From positions 20,063,101-20,127,100 of the forward strand of contig NC_134025.1 in the NCBI RefSeq assembly GCF_964204645.1: a stretch of DNA of 64,000 bases. Reading direction: 5' to 3'. The notes beneath the pieces are model-generated. The model made no database searches, was not told the origin of the DNA, and saw only the letters and a list, made by a program, of their open reading frames with translations. This DNA comes from Tubulanus polymorphus. Lineage: Eukaryota > Animalia > Nemertea. This document shows, piece by piece, positions 60,850-64,000 of this stretch. Made by a program: the position numbers and the translations under genes. Numbering within the stretch: position 1 is the stretch's first letter; every line of letters starts with the position of its first letter.

Positions 60850-61560
60850 ATTTGGGACAGCGCTCCCAAACATTTCCATTGAAAAGCTCATTCGCATTTT
60901 GAGTCATTCCATGTGTATACTTTGCTAACAAATTCGAACTTGCTAAATCATTATATATAGAAGGCAATAATTCGACAATAGCATCAGAAGTCCGTTTCTG
61001 TGTTTATACCCAGTTGGATCGAGATTGTATTTGTACCAGAAATCTGACCCAACTGGGCAATACTGGGTGCTGCGGTTTTTCATCTGTCGATGCGATGTAA
61101 TACAGGCTAGCCTTCACTGCTCTGCATTTCATTTATTGAGGAATAGTTCTCTCTGAGTGCTAACTCATAACAGTTTTGCAAAAGGTCGATTTTTGCATCT
61201 GTTAATCCACCTTCCCCTGATAAGGGTTTTCCATCGCTCAGTTTTTTCCCCCGCCATGATGCTCTTATTTCCGCAACCGGGTACCGCAACATTTTTGCAC
61301 ATGACCAAAGCATTTCAAGATTTTTGATATCTAAATACCGGCCATATGGCTTTAGTTTTAATAAGTCAGAATAGGTGGAACTGTCACCATCTACCAATAT
61401 ATGTACATAAGGCAAACCATGATTAACTTCGGAATGCAAAAACATTCTGTGCATGCCTACGGACTCCATGGCACCGGCACTACCTTTGTGATTCACTTTA
61501 CATTGGTGAGTTTGTAGCCACATTCGATACCTAACACAGTTCACGACAAAAACCATAGAT
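60850..61560 (-). mobile_element. DNA transposase fragment (Kolobok-type / Mutator-like transposase domain)
   Basis: HKGSAGAMESVG, LVDGDSSTY and GKKLSDGKPLSGEGGLTDAKIDLLQNCYELALREN; frameshifted. Confidence 0.7.
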
Positions 61561-62322
61561 TTGAAGTAGAAAGTGTTATAAATCATTGGACTGATAATGT
61601 ATCTATATTCTACCTTTTTCAATGTAACAGGTGGTGTGTGTATCTCATTTTTCAAAAATTTAAGTTTTTGAACATATTTCTGGCATAGTACCGCCTTAAC
61701 ACGGGAGCAAATTCATAATAACAAACGCACCACGGGTAACATCATAGCGCACGGTTCAAATTTCGGGGAATTATGCTTGCGCGCTGATGCATTACTGAAA
61801 CATTATATCAACCTGTAGATCATTCGACCCATAAACTATGATGATTGTGGCAATTCCTCCGTAAGTTTATAATAGAAAAAAGCAACAGTTATGACAGTGA
61901 CGCAGTGATTTAAAATACTACCAAAGGCTATTTATTACATATAGATATTATAATATGACGCATCCATACGTGCCACGTAGAACGATTTGCGTAACGCACA
62001 CAGGAACCTTGCTTTATGAACTCGCGGGTGTCCTTGGAGCACTGATGCCAATGACCATGAAAACTGCCAAAAACTAAACTTCGAATCCGGACTCACACAT
62101 CTAGGTGCGGCGACGATACATTCCACTCATAATAAAATGTCGACTTCTACCAGTGACGACCTGCTACACGTTAAAAACATGGCTACTATACTAAAAACAA
62201 AAGATGGATTGCTCCAAAAAAAATCTAACTGCCATCAACAACGTAATAATGTAATAGTAAAAAATGGGGTGAATCCTAATAATGCCTATGGGTGATAAGT
62301 ATAGTACATGTGCTAGACAGGA

Positions 62323-64000
62323 CACTCCCCTCTGAAAAGGAGTTTACGAGTTTTCATCAGAAACGTACTTACAGTATGCAATGTTCAACTTCTACCAACG
62401 ATTTATTCTGGTTTTTTGTCTTCATAAGTATCGCTTTCGATCAATCGCAATTTTTGCACTGGTCGCTTTAAAACACCATTTGCTGTCTTAATTGCGACGG
62501 AACGGACCAAGTCATCACGACCTGGATAGACTTCAACTACAGGTCCCATTTTCCATTCAGTCTTTTTCACGTTATCCTCAGCGATCAATACAATATCGCC
62601 AACTTTCAAGTTCTGCTGAACTACAGTCCTCTTCTTGAATCTATTTAGTTCAGCCAAATATTCTCGATACCATCTGGTCCAAAATGACTTTTCGAGTCTT
62701 TGGCGGTACAGCCACCTTTTACCAGGATTAGTACTCTTGGACACAGCATCTACATCAGGCACAGCTTGTAGATTTCGTCCGATCAGGAAGTGAGCTGGAG
62801 TGAGTGGTAGTAGATTATTCTTTGCACTTGAAAAACTAGAAATTGGTCTGGAATTGAGTTGACATTCGATACCCGTTCGAATGACTTAAAAAACTCATCA
62901 GCCGTCATGTCCTCTAATAGTTCCAGATGGACAGCTCTGATGGTCATACAAATGAATATCAATATGTAGGATTTACTGGTTTTATTTTTACCAGTCTTGA
63001 ACTACAATGGTCCAGCGTAATCACATCCAACATGTGTGAATGGAGATGCATCAACAACTCGCTCAACCGGCAGTTGACCCATTTTTTGTCCCAGCTTTTT
63101 GGGCTCCCTACATTCACACTGGTGTATTATTTGCATGGTTTTCTTTCACACCTTTGAGTAACCATTACTTTAACCTCAGTGTTGCAAGAGTTTGTGTCGG
63201 GCCAGTATGTCCATACAGCCGATGATACCATAAAACTAAATTCTCAACCATTCTTTCACCAGACGGCAAAATAACAGGATGCTTCTGTTCATCAGGCAGT
63301 AGAGAATTATTCAAACGACCACCAACACATATGATTTCATGCTTCTCATCCCACACTGGATCAAGTGACTTTAGACGACTGAACTTGGATACAGGAAGGC
63401 CAGACGTTAAACATCTTATTTCCTCAGGAAAGTATTTTTTCTGGATATAACTAATCCACCATAATTCTTCCTTCTTACGATCAGTCAGAACCAGTGGATC
63501 TTCTTGACCATCAGTTCTTCCCCCATGGGTTTTCTGCACCTTTTTTCGCCAACGTCGAACTATACACATCCCTCGTAGAAACGTGTTGTATGACTTCAAT
63601 TTGCCAATACAACTCTCCAGGAAATCTGCATTTTTCGCAGATACTAACGATACGTTAGCTTTTACTTGTTTCGCTTTTTTCATAGCCGTCTCCTTGGCGG
63701 TCTTGCTAGGATGGTCAGGCTTTGGCCAGTGATCTTCAGACATCTACAAAAGCTCAGGACCATTCCACCAGATAGACGACTGTATCAATTCAGTTGCCGA
63801 GCAACCACGCGAACACAAATCCGCTGGATTACATTTTCCAGGGACATGACAAATGTCTTTCACCAGGCCTTTCACCAGGCCTTTTGGACACCCTGTTACT
63901 CACAAAAGTCTTCCAGGTATATGGTGGTTGACTTATCCATTCGAGAGTAACTTTCGAATCAGTCCAACTGGTCGAATCAGTCCAACGGGTCGATGATTCA
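62323..64000 (-). mobile_element. BEL/Pao LTR retrotransposon pol/integrase remnant
   Basis: NPADLCSR, GGRLNNS...KHPVILP and FWTRWYREYL...LKVGDIVLI...VYPGRDDLVRSV...RPVQKL; polypurine tract AGAGGGGAG followed by the TG start of the 3' LTR at 62323. Confidence 0.88.

Overview
AT-rich, intron-containing animal genomic DNA, probably from a marine invertebrate (inferred; the species cannot be determined from sequence). Two host genes lie tail-to-tail. On the + strand is a peroxisomal (S)-2-hydroxy-acid oxidase (HAO1-like; 7 exons from 7873 to 13909, ending in -SKL; exon 1 is not in the window). On the - strand is an uncharacterised 20-exon gene of about 1109 aa (30400 to 16561) with two cadherin-like beta-sandwiches, a U-box-like domain, TPR-like repeats and an RG-rich linker. 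The first 7.8 kb holds a decayed, spliced DUF3987/YfjI-like ATPase gene and transposon debris. From about 31 kb to the end there is no host gene, only nested, fragmented transposons (MULE, LINE, DIRS, BEL/Pao, Kolobok-like, Helentron/HINE). All 14 insertions there whose coding strand I could read lie on the minus strand. This resembles a flamenco-like uni-strand piRNA cluster that may be transcribed divergently from the U-box/TPR gene promoter, and it is the best candidate for an undescribed system. All gene models were spliced by hand and family names come from motif recognition; no searches were run.
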